DNA of 62,800 bases, filler included, from Sphacelaria rigidula (Eukaryota): assembly GCA_964200075.2 (NCBI GenBank). It is 9 parts of 9 records of this genome, joined end to end, with 100 filler letters (N's around TTAATTAATTAA, not from the genome) between each part and the next. Parts side by side here need not be neighbours in the genome. Positions count along the whole stretch, not along the records: positions 13,980 to 20,868 come from CAXNAA020017564.1; positions 20,969 to 27,857 come from CAXNAA020017565.1; 7 more parts are not named here. The stretch is one strand, 5' to 3'. How positions within the stretch are numbered: position 1 is the first letter of the stretch; the number at the start of each line of letters is the position of its first letter. The notes beneath the pieces were generated by a model, which saw only the letters and a list, made by a program, of their open reading frames with translations, did not search any database and was not told the DNA's origin. Position numbers and translations under genes: made by a program. This document shows positions 13,880 through 27,205 of this stretch, in pieces.

Positions 13880-13979
13880 NNNNNNNNNNNNNNNNNNNNN
13901 NNNNNNNNNNNNNNNNNNNNNNNTTAATTAATTAANNNNNNNNNNNNNNNNNNNNNNNNNNNNNNNNNNNNNNNNNNNN
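13880..13979. other. Artificial contig linker
   Basis: Same 100-bp N/TTAATTAATTAA/N block. Confidence 0.97.
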
Positions 13980-15227
13980 CCCGCGCGGGGGGGGGGGGGG
14001 GGGGGGGTGGAGCCTAGTGGGGGGGGGGGGGGGGGGGGGGGGGTATTTCTTCAAAGGGGGCGGAGTTGAGTCACCTGTAATGTTGTCGGAAAAGGTTTTG
14101 GGCACGGCGTCTGCTGGCGGACGAGGAACGGTTGGTTCGGGATGCGGCGAATGCCGAGAGATAGGATCGTTCTTTTCCTGTCTTTGTCAGGAAAAGTGGA
14201 CGGAGAGGGTTCGATGTTTCAGGTGGGCTGGAGCCTCCTCCTGCGTCGACCGCCGAGAAGGACGGGACCCCGCAGCGGGTGCCGCGTTTGCGCTTGAATG
14301 CTGAAGTGTCGCGGGGTCTGCGTCTTGTGTTGTGCGGTGGGTGCTTTCATGCTTTGAGCGACCCTTGCCATGATGGTGTGTCTTGCTCTACGCAGGAGAC
14401 CATCGCGGTCATTGCGAGAACCGTTGACGCGACGTCAGACGCGAAGCAGCGGTGGGACGCCGCGGCTGCGTAGGGCAAATCAACAGCAGCACGGTCCATA
14501 TAGCGGCCGCTATGATCGGCGAGACGGAGCGGAGTCTTGCGAAAACACGGGAAGAGAGGGAGCTGGCGGATGCGGCCCGGGCGCATTCCCGCGCCACGGT
14601 TGTGGAGCTCGGGTCATCTTTCTCGGTTGCTCGTGGTTACTGTGAAGTGTCGGTCGCCGCATTTGCCCACCAGGCGGGTCCTCTGTTTCACTCGATGGTG
14701 CCGGGTTTGGCGACCCTTAGCGAGGCGGAACCCGCTGCTGGGCTCACAGCGTCCTCCGCCTCAGGTGGGGAGGTGGCGTCCGTCGTGAGGATGTGTAGTG
14801 CTCCTCGGCCGATCATCGGGGTGGCGTCAGCGCCGCTTTTCGCAGCGGTTGACGCTCCGCGGGCGCTCGGAGCGGTGGTGCCGGCTCGGGCTCCTGGAAT
14901 CCCGCCTACACCCTGAGTGATGCTCCGCGGGGCCTCCTGGTTTCGGCGTCTACGCCCCAGAGTGGCGGTGCCCCGGCGCCGCGGCGGCAACTGGCAAGTG
15001 GAGGCAACCCAGGTGCCAATGTGGCTCCAGGGCCTACGGTCGCGGTCTCGGTAGGGGATTCGGCGGTCGTATACGCCGGTTCCCGTGCGGCGACTCCGCC
15101 TATCTCGTCCGCACCGCCTTCGAGATTGGTGGTAGGAGACGGTGGGTCCCCGCGTCGGCGATAAGGAACGTTGGGTTCCGCGTTGCGGCGCTGGCGATCC
15201 CGGCGGCCTGTTTGGCTTCGCCGCTTT

Positions 15228-15985
15228 GGCCCCCGCTCGGGTCGGCATGGCCGCGCGAGGGACGGAGACACTACTGGCCTGGCTCTCGGACAGCGACATC
15301 GCTTACTGCCGAAGTCGGTGTCCCAGGAAGGTGGCGCTGTCCGGCGGACCTCGGGTTGGCCGAGTGGGAGCTTCTACAGCGGGAGCTCAAACTGCAGGAT
15401 GAGGACATGCTGGCGCGCTTGGCAGCGCAGGATTCGTGGGGAGGTGTTGCGCCACCTCCGCCCGGCGGCAGTGGAGCGCTGGAAGCACGGTCTCGGGCGG
15501 GTTTTCCCCAGGATTGACCTGAATGCAAAGATTGCAAGAGGTGCGTGGTGGCCGAAACTTTACGCATGATGATCATCAATCTAGAGTTTTTGACAGCCTT
15601 CCGGGTGCTGCGGGAGCTGCTCAGGGTGGACCCGCGGCAGAGTCGTATGCAGGGAAATATCCTAGGGAAAACCCGCCCGAGGCCATGCCCCTGCCACCCC
15701 ACTGCCGCCGGGTGGAGGTGGCACAACACCTCCCCACGAATCCTGCGCTGCCAAGCGTACCAGCATGTCCTCATCCTGCAGTTTGAGCTCCCGCTGTAGA
15801 AGCTCCCACTCGGTCAACCCGAGGTCCACCGGACAGGACCACTTCCAAACTCGATACTCCCTCAGCAGCACAGACAGCGCCACCTTCCTGGGACACCGAC
15901 TTCGGCAGTCAGCGATGTCGCTGTCCGAGAGCCGGGCCAGTAGTATCTCCCTCCCTCGCGCGGCCATGTCGACCCGAACGGGGGC
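15228..15985. repeat. Diverged inverted repeat pair (~15228-15514 and ~15659-15985)
   Basis: Both strands encode DLGLxEWELLQRELKLQDEDMLxRLAAQDSWGGVxPPPPGGSG; ~145-bp spacer. Confidence 0.88.
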
Positions 15986-16059
15986 GACGGCGTCCTTCTG
16001 CGGCGGAGCCAAACAGGCCGCCGAGGTCTCGTCCCCCAGGGTTGATTTCTCTACGATCG

Positions 16060-18403
16060 CAGATCTGACCCAGAGACGAATCCGATGGTATCCTCTAGCC
16101 TCCACGGCGATCATACCTTGTTGTCCGTTGCGAGAGATGGATCGAGAGACGCTTAATCCCCCCTCAACTACTCTGTACCTGGAGCCCTCTACCTCGTGAT
16201 TACGAGAGAGAGAGGCAGCAACAAACGATGATTCCTATCTCACTGAACGATACGTTTCCTACGCGAGGGATCTCTAAACAGCTTGTCGGACACAAACCAC
16301 ACTGAACAAACGGGTTCCCCTTCGTTGATTCTCGATGCCTGCTGAACGTGTTGCTGATATACGCCAGCTAATCCCCATTACAGTGGCGTTGAATTTGACC
16401 TGTGATTTCCTTGGTTGATCGACTAGCTGTTCATAGCGTGTGTTGTCCTGTTGTCGCGTCTAACTACACTGTAGCCACGCTCCTATTTTGCTGTTGTGAC
16501 ACACATTCGTACGTTCGCCCAAATATCGGCCTGCTGGTCTCATTCAGTACGTGCTCAACAGTATCTCGACCAAGTCGCTGCCTTATCTCGTTACCACCGA
16601 TGACGAGACCGAACAAGCTCTCCGACGGACCGTGTCCAACATCTCGGGCCACCAGATCGCCCGTGGCCGCGGTGACAAGACTGCTGTGATGTACAAGATC
16701 CAATGACAAGGTCTTCGGACAGAGTCCTGGGAACGCGAATTCAATCTCCAGCTGAATTACGGCCCAATTGCTTTGTACCGGACGCGGCCTCGACAGCCAC
16801 AGCTTGCCCACAACAACAAGTATCACAATATGCGTTGTAGAGCGGCAGCTAACGATCTCCACCGCGACAGAGGCCTGCGCTTTGTCGCCCATAGTTACGA
16901 AGATGTACTCTCCAAATAATGGGAGAAAAGATCCGCGCAAAACGAAAAGTTCTCCCCAACGTCGCCGACTTGTGATTCAAAGGCGGTGACCACCTATGGT
17001 AGCTTCGACAGACTCACTCACCCGACCTGGTTGCTACCGACACATACATTGCGCGTTTCATCGATAACCCTGGGCTCGTGCAGCTTAAGCTCCGCCCAAC
17101 GTTTTTACCACCAGCCCATCCGCACTGCATGGGATCCTGGGGCCTTCAGCGACTCAAGTCCAACGCACTTCGCCGAGGACTTAAGCACAATATCGACCGC
17201 ACCCACAGTGTCAACGCACCACTGTAAGCATAATGCTCACCCTAAATCCGGCCTTTGATTCATGTCTTTTCTTTGCTTTCTCTCCCACCAATTTCTTCTG
17301 AATTTTTCCCACCATTTCATCGCCCAGGTCCATGTTCGACTACATTTACGACACGATGATCTACACCGGACTACGAGCGGAGTCTATCTGGAGACCCTTC
17401 ATCCACGGCTTCTGGAACCGATCGTCAGGACTAAATTCACTCTCCTTCGACATCGTACCTTTTTGGAGCTTTAGATTCTCACTTTTTCGCGTGTGTGGCT
17501 GACGCTGTATTGTTCTGAATTTCGGGATTGCTGTTCTACTTTCCCCCGGTTTTGGCCGAACATGCGTTGTTCGCATGAACCCAAAATTGTCGTCTGTCAA
17601 CTTTCGTGTGGTCTTCCCCAGGTGGAAGTATTGCTCCCTGTTGCACCTTACCGGTTTGACCTTTTCGTGTTCGCCAGCGCGTCGAGGCAATTTCGACATC
17701 TTCCTCTGAGTTTTCGCTAGCGCATCTCCATTGCAAAACAGAGTTGTGCTTCTCGAAGCAGTTTGTGCTTTTCCGATCGAGGAATGGGAAGGTCGGGCTG
17801 CGCCTCATCAATCTACTTCCCTGTTTTCCTAGCCGCTCACGGCCTTACGTGTGAAGAAGATCTATATTCTCGTTGCATCTAGAAAATACTCATCGCAACT
17901 ATGATTGAGGCCTGTCTGGGTGGGCTAGTTTCGTGAGGTTGAGAAGCGTTTACAGCATCTTCTTTTCAGGACCGTAGATCGGGACTTGTCGCAGGTCTTG
18001 GATTGGTCTGATGGGTAAAATGATAGTCATCTGCGATTCCTCTACGATAGCGCGTCTGACCCGCAGATAAATCGGATGGTATCCCCTAGCCCGAGGACGA
18101 TCGCGCCTTGTTGTACGTTGTGAGAGGTTAATCGAGAGACGCTTGATCCCCCTACTCTGCCGCCGAACACCTCTACCTCGTGATTACGGGAGAGAGAACA
18201 ACGAACGAGTACCAATGTAGTGGAAACGAGTTTCCTATTTGATGACACAGCACATTTTCCTACGCGTGAAAGGAAAATCTCAAGGCGAAGGGTGTTTATA
18301 CAGCTTATCAGGTACAAGCCGCACTGAACAAACGGGTTACCCTGCGTGGATACTCGTTACCTGCTTAACGTGATGCTGATACACGCCAACTAACCCCTTG
18401 ACA
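16060..18403 (+). mobile_element. Internally deleted Ty3/gypsy-like LTR element
   Basis: Diverged direct repeats ~16060-16382 and ~18050-18403 both ending in CA; TGGCG PBS-like start at 16384; chromodomain-like remnant inside. Confidence 0.65.
16518..17200 (+). pseudogene. Integrase C-terminal / chromodomain-like remnant
   Basis: PKYRPAGLIQYVLN..ISGHQIARGRGDKTAVMYKIQ*QGLRTESWERE fits the chromo pattern I..H..Y.I.W.G....WE with W mutated to a stop. Confidence 0.6.
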
Positions 18404-19779
18404 TGTTACTAGAGTGGCCTGTTTTCCTGCATTACTGCCGTAGAGTAAAAATAGAGTCAACTTTCGTTTCACAAAAATAAAAGCTCGATGTAGCATTATT
18501 GATATTCTTCAGGTCAAGGTGTTGTACCCGGTGCCGAAGGGAAAGAAGGACCTCGTACTCGCGGCTTTCGAGAAATCTTCGAAGCGGTTGTCTGAAGGAG
18601 GCAAGGACAGACCGCGCGACACAGGAACAAGACAAGACGGCGGAGAAATTGATGCGAAGCTCAAGGCCCGTGCGAAGAAGAGACGGGGACTTGGAACTTG
18701 AAAGAGTCCAACGGATATGGTACTTAAAACAGTAGTAAGGACAGCGATGACTCGGGGAGCAGGGAGAGCAAAGTAGATAAGCAGGGTAGTGAGAAAGGCG
18801 AGGAGGAGGAGGAGGAGGACGACGACGACGACGACGACATCGGCGACGATGAGAAGAACGATGAGGATCATGATTAAAACGAGGAGGACGAGGGCGAAGA
18901 CAAGGACGAAGTCATGGCAGCAGAGAGAGCCAGAGTTGGCAGAGCGAGAGGGGAGGGGGTGACGGCGGACGTAATACCTCCTCATCAGAAGGTATAGTGC
19001 GTGTTCATGTGCATACACGACGTACCCCAAGTCGGGCACAGCAGACGTTTACGATAGCGATTTCTCGTCGCCGTGAGAGGGCAGCCCCCCGCGGGGGGAA
19101 GATTGCCCTGGGTACTTTCAGCTTTCTTGGCTTATTTTCCACTAAAAAATGCACTCGTTTTCTCCCGTGGGAGAACCAGTGTTTTTTCGGCAAAAACTTA
19201 TGGTGTTATGCTTCGCCTTGTCTTGGCGTGTTTTGATATACTTTCTCCAGTATTTTGATGGATGCGTTTCGAGAGGACCGAGCTAACTAGCTGACAGGGG
19301 GAAAGGGCGATCCCACGATAGGGGGCGAGAGGGCGCGTGGAGAGGGGGTGATTTCCCGAAACAACAGGGTCCATAGGTGTACCGTGCTACAATATCAATA
19401 CACGTCATTACACACTCGTTGCGCAGTTTTATTGCTGCGACAGTTCCTGGGTGGTGTGCTTGCGTGTGTTGTGTTGATACCACCAACATTCGAATGAAAA
19501 TTTCTGCCTGCAGCGGCAGCTTCAAAGTGACTCTTCGTGCTAGGAGATTTGGCTCTCCTCCTTCAGTTGCGTAGCATCTACTGCGTTGCACTTGGAAGCG
19601 TTTGACCTTGCGCCGATCATGGCAAAGAAGTTGACGATTCCCCCTGGGGGTAGGCCCGTTTTCGAGAACAAGAACACCCCGCGGTGAAACAAACTGGAAA
19701 CCCCGATGCCATGTGATACTAAATCAGTGATATGTACAAAATTGATCATGTGGTATGCTCTACTGTACTTTCAAGTGCA

Positions 19780-20022
19780 CCATTCGTTTTTTTTTTTACC
19801 GGCCATTTCTTTCTGTGCTTTGCTTTTCTTGACTTTTTATTCATTTTTTTCACGTCTTAGACTACTATGTCGTTCTGTTCGACTTTTTCTGTTCTTTCTT
19901 TTTCTTCAGCGAGTGTTTCAGTTTTGTTTTGTCTTGGGGACGTCTATCATGTGATCACGGCTGGATCATGATCCCTGGGGCGTCAGCTAAAGTGCAGCAA
20001 TCAATCAATCAATCAATCAATC
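19780..20022 (+). mobile_element. 3' end of (CAAT)n-tailed retroposon
   Basis: Pyrimidine-rich tract, GATCACGGCTGGATC motif, then a CAAT tandem tail; related minus-strand ends at ~30743-30830 and ~36385-36450. Confidence 0.65.
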
Positions 20023-20868
20023 ATTCGCAATGATCATAGGCACCCACGGCCACGCGGCCTCGTGCTACCACTGTAGGGGGGTCGGTGTTCGTCAGTCAGC
20101 GTGTGTACACACAACATTTATCTACGCCCGCAGTGGTGGGACATCAGGTTACTGAGCTGCATTTATGGAATGCACCTATTGGTTCCTTACGAAGCACCAA
20201 CGACTCATTCGGTAGTCATCTGAACCTTTCGTACGCACGTAGTACTTTAGGTATATGGCAGTTTTGGGGTGATTTGTTTTTCCTCAGCGTTCCTTGCCGT
20301 TGATAGAAAAAACAGAGTTTGTCATCTTAATTTGTAGTTTGTAACGTCGGTGCATCCTCCGCGAAAAAAGTGCTCATGGTAAGAATCTTCCTATTGTGAG
20401 ATGTTTGCTGACATTATACTCATGATGATACTACTGACAAGAGACGGGTGAAGATAGTAGCCTTGACCTAAGGGCGTGGGGTTGGAGCCTGGGCACAACG
20501 TAACGTAAGTAGCAATAACCCTCCTCAGGCAATATATCACACCAGCAGTTACTCGGTGTGGTTTTTTCGTTCTGCTGTAATTTCGGGCCCGTTATTTTGT
20601 TGTTTCGCTTTGCCTTGTCTGTTCTATAGTGACTGGTTCTCGAATACCTGTTGGTACTGTTTTGTTCCAGATTTCTCGCTCGGCCGGGTTGATTGTTTGT
20701 TGGCGTCAAGAACTTCAGTGCTTTTCCTCTTCTTGTTTCTTTGGTGTCGAGTTCTACTTTTCTTATCCGATCATGTGATTGTGTTTGCCAATTGAGTCAT
20801 CCTACGATAGGGGGGAGGGTATTTAGTTGCACGAAAAAAGAGGCTCATAAGTGTGTCAGACATCCTTC

Positions 20869-20968
20869 NNNNNNNNNNNNNNNNNNNNNNNNNNNNNNNN
20901 NNNNNNNNNNNNTTAATTAATTAANNNNNNNNNNNNNNNNNNNNNNNNNNNNNNNNNNNNNNNNNNNN
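20869..20968. other. Artificial contig linker
   Basis: Same 100-bp block. Confidence 0.97.
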
Positions 20969-21973
20969 TTAGGGAGGTCGGGAGGGATGAGGTGGTTCAT
21001 ACGAAAGTCGTGTGTCTTGAATTTAGGTCGGGGAAAGCACGGCTTTTGAGTTGAACCTCATTTTTTTCTTCAACCCCATTTTCGAGAATCGGCTGTTAGT
21101 ACATAGGTGTGCGACATTTTGTGTCTTCGTGCACCCCTCAATCGATCATGATTACTTGTTGGTTCACTCGAGTTAAATCAACCCTTTTTCGTGATTGTTT
21201 TTTTTTAACGATCGCTGAGTGGTCGCTGCGATACAACCCGCCCCCCAGAAAAATCCACGAAACGTGCCAAGAAATTCCTCCTTCGAAAAAAGCTTCAGGA
21301 AGCGCAGAAAAAGCACTCCCTGAAATCCTCTTTTGAAGAGGGATTTGCGGACATCTTGACGGGGAACATACATGTCTGGTTGACAGGAGCGCACGTGCAA
21401 AGGCTTACCACACAACCCAACACAATCAGAGCTATTCCGAGGAATAACAACACGATTTAGTATGTTCTACATAAGAAGATACTCCTGTGTTGACCGTCAT
21501 CATGTGTGACCCCGGCTGATGTGCCCACTTATACCGAAAGGTGTAGACCGGCGTCCAGAATAGATGGGACAACAACACACAAACACACAACGTAAATGCA
21601 GACGATAAAGTTTATCCGTTCAAGGCTTCGAAAATCATAACGCTGCAACCACGACATTTTTTTGTGATGAAGATCGCTTCCCGTCGGGAGCGATGATGAA
21701 ATCATAACCACTGGTCTCAAAATAGGAAGCGATGATAGAGCATGATGGAACATACATATGGATAGTACATGCAGTACACAATTGCCAGCCATAAAGGAAT
21801 AGTCACACCACGCCAAAAGCCAAGAGTGTAGCGTCGATGAGTAGTGACACATAGTGGGAGAATGAGCGATAACGCGGGCGCAGGAAGGGCGGGCGCAGGA
21901 AGGGCTGTAGTGAGGGACCCCACCTCCAGGCGTAAAGCTATAATCAGGTGTTTGGTGAATACCACCCATAAGA

Positions 21974-22411
21974 GTGAAGAAAATCGCGCTTATCTTGGGA
22001 CAGCGCGATGCGAGCTGCAGAGTCCGGCAATGTGTGCAGTGCGAACAACCGGTGAGAAGTTTCGTATTGGATTTACTGTCCGTCTTGGCAGCGTGTAGCG
22101 AAGGTGTATGATACAGTTGATGGTCACAGCGAAGAGTATATGTTACGTTCATCTACCACATAGAAGTGACTTTGAACCAAACGAATACCAAAAAACCACG
22201 GTGTCTGCTAAACACCATCCGTCATGGTGAAGGAAAATCGCTCACTTTGGGAGAGCGCGGTGCGAGCTGCACAGTCTGTGGGCAATGTGTGCAGTGCGAA
22301 CAACCGGTGTGAAGTTTTGTATTGGATTTACTGTCCGTCTTGGCAGTGTGTAGCGGAGGTGTATGATACCGTTGACGGTCACAGCAAAGATTATATGTTA
22401 CGTTCATCTAC
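21974..22411 (+). repeat. Near-tandem direct duplication of ~185 bp (21974-22156, 22227-22411)
   Basis: Shared GGCAATGTGTGCAGTGCGAACAACCGGTG..TATTGGATTTACTGTCCGTCTTGGCAG..TATATGTTACGTTCATCTAC. Confidence 0.9.
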
Positions 22412-24108
22412 TTTGAACTATACTTTACTTTGAACTATATTTTGAACTTCTCCCACAGTTGATTACTCCGCAGTCGGAGAGGGGTGTGGAGATTACAGCG
22501 TAATAAAAGAAGGACGATATACCGTCAGGAGCTCACCCGAGCAAACAGGCAGACATCCACATAACAATCGCAACAAACAGAAGCGCAAGTTACAGTCACT
22601 ATACTCTTGTTGGACTTCATAAACTGTCGTGGCGAGCACTGTATCGCAGGTGCTCTTTTTCAATTTTTTGAGAGGGGCAGCAGGAGGCGATGGTCCCGCC
22701 AGCCACGATACAGCCTTTGAATATTTGACTGCGAACAAAACCTGGACAACTATTTCATGTATGTTCGAACGGTATGGTGAACCACACGATGAAGAAAGGA
22801 AATCACACATCGTACAGACGACATGTGATGAGACTGTTGCAGCAAACACGACGCGGTTAACGATGGGCTCGGCGTGGGTGATGCTCCTGGGTGGTGCTGT
22901 ACAGCTAATACAGTGTAGATGGTGTTCTCCAAAGTATAGTGCTACTCTTGTACATACAGGTGTGCAGACGACGATTCCGTGGAAAAAGCTAAAACAGTGT
23001 ACATGCTGTACTCTATAGTATAGTGCTGCTCTTGCTTCCTCTCTCAGTCAAACACTGGATTACTGTGCACGGGTGCATTTCGTCGTATCGGTGCTGTACG
23101 CACCACGGGGTTTTCAAATTCCATGGAAATCCATAAAACTTGACCGTTCAGAAACGTATCATCTTTCGCCCTGGTTTTGCAGGACGTGAGAGAAGAGTGA
23201 CAATTTTGTCCTCTTCAGTCTGAGTCCGGTACAAACTACTGTTCCGAAAAGGATCATTTGTGTTTTGGCTACAGTATGGGCAAACTGGACACCCTCGTAC
23301 TCGTTGGCAGTGTGGAAGCCAGCGACATTACGCTATTAATAAATAAGATAATGATAATAATAACCATAATGATAATAATAGTAGTAAAAAATATCATAAT
23401 AATAATATAGTCCATTGCTCAGAAATGAGATAAACTAGTGTATGCGCCCCCCGTAGTGTACGGTGACATGGCGTTGCCGAGTATGCGATACTACCCAGTT
23501 CAAGACATGAACAACACAGGGGGGGTGCCAAGATAATGCATTGCGTTGGCCCACCCGGCAAGACCGGTATAGTGCAATGACAGTACGTACCGAACGCGAT
23601 GGAGTATGACATCACCGGTATGTGCTGTACTACCTCTCCTCAACACTACAAGTTATTGTCCACGGATCTATGTTTTCTTCTGAAATCTTCGAATTTTTCG
23701 GGATTTTGTTTCTTTCTCCATCTCCGAAAAATGTGAGATCAGGTTTTTCAAACCAGGTCAGGCGATAGGTCATATTTAGACTGACTAATACAGATTTATC
23801 AGCGAATCTAGCGTCGGAACACGTTTTTAGCTTTTCGGGAGGAGGAGGTGGGAGAAGTCGAGAAAAAATCCAAGCTTTCACGAGGAGGCGGAACATCTTT
23901 TTTATCGTCCGGGGCAGGGTGTGAATGAGGGAGAGGTAGGTTGACATGAGTTTCGTCGTCAAATTACCATCGTCGGTACACTTTGGAAATACATACAGTA
24001 CGCATATATTAACCCTTACCGCGAGGGTAGGTAATCTGAACATGAATCCATTTTTCAAGTGAAATTGATGCTGATTCAACGTATGGTAATAGCTCTGGTA
24101 ATACTTCG

Positions 24109-25790
24109 GTGGGGAATGCTGGAGCGGAAAGCTCGCAACGCATAGGCCCGGCAGGATTCGTGCCTGGTGTATCTTCCACTGTTGCGATGAATATCGAAGC
24201 ACCGATGTCAAGTGCTGGGGCGCTGCCTCGGCGTCGAGTGACTCTAGGTACTAACCAGAGTTTTTCTTCGGCAGGTGTGGTGCCTGTCGACCGTAGCGCA
24301 GAATGCTTGCGCGCCGATCTATCTATACCCGATTCTGTTGGTTCATTTATGGCTCGCGTTTTTCTTAACTCTGGATCAGCACTCACATCAATAAGTGTGG
24401 GGTTGCTACAACAGATGTCTTCACAGGTTGGATGCACCCAGCTACAGCTACCATTTGAAAATGGACCGCAAATGGCACAGAGCGCCACGGGTGCGCCCGT
24501 GACTATTTATCATAAAACGGTGCCTATTGCTGTGAGCGTGCGAACGCCGTGGGGCGCTGTGGAGATGTCGCCAATCACCTTCGCGGTCATGCCTGGAAAC
24601 GATGACGTGGTGTTGTTTGGCATGGCGACTATGAAGGAACTCGGGGTAGATTTGTGTCCGCTGGCTTTGGAAAAGTTACGCTCGGGTGCTGTGCCGGTGC
24701 AGACCGGAGTGAACAACCCTAGTCATCTTTCGGCTAGGCGGGTGGTCGTTACTGTGTGATCGTTTCAATGTGACAGCAAGAAGGATACAGGTGAAAAGGA
24801 AGAGGAAGCTCCTCAGAGTGGAGCCGTACAGCCTGTGAGGGTGCAGCCCCAGTCACAGGCGACGGCTGCAAAGGCCCAGCCCCATTGCAACGATCCTGTG
24901 AAAGCCGCGGGTGGCTAGCTTCGTGCATTGCAGTTTTGATGGCGTTTGGGTTATATACTGCAGTTGTCAGTCAAGCTTGGAGAGAGCGACGATGGAAATG
25001 CCGGAAGATTTCTGCTCCCGACGGGTGAGCGAATCCAAGGTGGGGGCGCACATTCCCCCTCGCCACGAGGATATGGTGCATGGTGGGGATAAGGTGCATG
25101 GTACTCGCCCGGAGGTGATGAAATTCAATTTTCTCAGCCACGGAGCGAGTGGTCAGCTGGAAAATGGACGACGGAGATCCGATTCAAGATAATTTAACGA
25201 TCGAAGATGATGTGAGACTGCTGCCGAGATAGCCCCCCCCCGGATCGGCCAAAAACGTGCACGGAGGCGATGATATAAAATGCCGTCAGAACTGATTTCG
25301 TGCTGCACGATGCGACTTATTTGGGCGTTATAGCTGATTTCGGACTGCTACACGCCTTCAATTTGGGCGAAATTGCTGCGAGCGAGCCCAATAGTGGGGA
25401 TCGCAGCCGGTTTGTCGTACGGTCTCCGGTGCACTTTTTGTGGGGGGGCTATATCGGCATTAGTCGTGAGCAATTTCGTGTGGTTGGAACCCACGGAGTC
25501 TAGTGTGGAGGCAAAGAAGGTGGAGCATTTTCTGACATGGTTCAAAGCAAAATCGATGGGGTCGCTGGAGGTATGGGTTGGCGATACGGGATGGCATGTG
25601 AAGAGTTGCGCGGTGAGCGCGTTTTATAAGGCGCTGATGGAGCGTAGATTTCGGATGGTCAATTCGCCGTTGTCCCATCGTAAATGTAAGCGGACGATGC
25701 GTGATATTGCTCATATGATGTCAGGTCAGGTGCGTAATGAGGATGATGTGGTGCCCCCGAGACGACGGGTTAGGAGTGGATCTGGCTGTA
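24109..25790 (+). mobile_element. Ty3/gypsy pol remnant (protease, RT start, integrase core; large deletions)
   Basis: RVFLNSGSALTSI (catalytic D replaced by N), TPWG..ITFAVMPGNDDVVLFG, PVRVQ..AAKA; DDVSNFVWLEP after MITE removal; parallels 58693-62730. Confidence 0.85.
25216..25465 (+). mobile_element. MITE family B (GAC..GTC termini), TSD GTGA
   Basis: TIR GACTGCTGCCGAGATAGCCCCCCC / GGGGGGGCTATATCGGCATTAGTC; GTGA at 25212-25215 and 25466-25469. Confidence 0.9.
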
Positions 25791-26702
25791 GTTCTTTTTT
25801 TGCGCCCCACAGGACGCTTCACAGGGTTCAGGGAAACTCTGCAGGGTTTCTCGCGGGGATTTGAGTGTAGGGTATTATTTTGTGCCACAGAGGGCGCTTC
25901 ACAGGGTTTCGTCACTCCGTGTAGAATTCATCGCTGTTAATATGCTGTGCAGCCTTTATAGCACGCATACAATATACTCTGTACAGCATGGGCATGGCAC
26001 TGGCAGAAAAAAGCGGTCGAAAAATGGCATTAGTGACAACTGAACTCACGAGCGTGTGCTCGGGAGTAAGTCAGGTTGCCCATTGAGCTAACTGATTTGC
26101 TGTGCACGACAAACGTATTTTGTGCTTCTAATAACTATAACACAAAAACTTGTCTGAACAAAAGCATACTCGATTGAGTGATTTTGGTAGACTGCGGACC
26201 ACGGGGTTTTCAAAAGCAATATGAAATCATATGCGAGGTATATATCGTCGGTCCAATATCCACGTCTTTAGCGGAAGCGTCGTATCTCAACTTGTAGACG
26301 TGTGGACATACACTCGATCGTAATCAGTGTGTCGGATCTCCTATCAGCAAAAGCTGTTGAGAATTATTCATTCTTTAGCCCATGTGCATGGACCGGGGGG
26401 CAAAAGGATGAATTCTTTTCAATAGTTTTTTCTGCTTGTCGGATCCCATATGCTGATAACGGTGAAGTATGCGGGATATGCCCAGCTGACGCTGTTCGCA
26501 ATAAATCTCTTTTCGCCCAATCTCCGGATGAAACCGAGAGCAAAGTGAAGATTTATTGCGAGCTTCTTCTGTTCAAATTCCAAATCTGCTTCTGTTCAAA
26601 TCCCAAATCTGCCAGTGTGCATGGGATTTGCGCAGCAGAAGAAGATGTTCGAATATATCCCTTTTTTGCCCAAATACATTGGGCGAAAAAATGATATGTT
26701 TT

Positions 26703-26796
26703 GAATAGCTTCTCCTGCTGTCCGAGATAAAGTCCTTTTTGCCCAATTTGAATCGGGCAAAAAGGAACTTATCTTGGACAGCAGGAGAAGCTATTC
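26703..26796. repeat. Hairpin with ~42-bp arms
   Basis: GAATAGCTTCTCCTGCTGTCCGAGATAAAGTCCTTTTTGCCC / GGGCAAAAAGGAACTTATCTTGGACAGCAGGAGAAGCTATTC, ~10-nt loop. Confidence 0.88.
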
Positions 26797-27205
26797 CAAA
26801 AAAACAAATTTACAGATTTTGTACCAAAATAGTTTGGAATTTTCCAAATTGGGAAGGCCTCTCCACAGGGTTGCTTGCAGGGTTTCGACAAAAACGCTAT
26901 GCAAAATGCTATTACAGGTACTAGGGTTTGCAAATGCTACACAGGGATTTTCACGAAGACTGTGGAGAACCCTGTGCAGCTCGTCCTACAGGGTGCTATT
27001 TGTCCACGTGTAAAAGTTTCGGCTACAAGACCCTTGATAATTTTCGCTTCCACTGACTGCGCATCTTTGTACAGCAATCAGCTCATGTGCGACAACCAAC
27101 CAACGAACAACCAAAGAACCGATCGGTCAATTAATCAGTCGAGATACCTGCTGTGTTTCGTGTGTCGTGTGTCGTGTGTCGGTTGCTGGTCGCCTCTTAA
27201 AGCAG

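Noticed and set aside
18513-18990. Exon-like basic then acidic (E/D-run) coding stretch
   Set aside because: Contains frameshift and stops, low complexity, no family recognised.
23630-23939. Short TIR element (CTACCTCTCC..GGAGAGGTAG)
   Set aside because: TIR is only ~10-16 bp, with no clear TSD and no second copy in the window.
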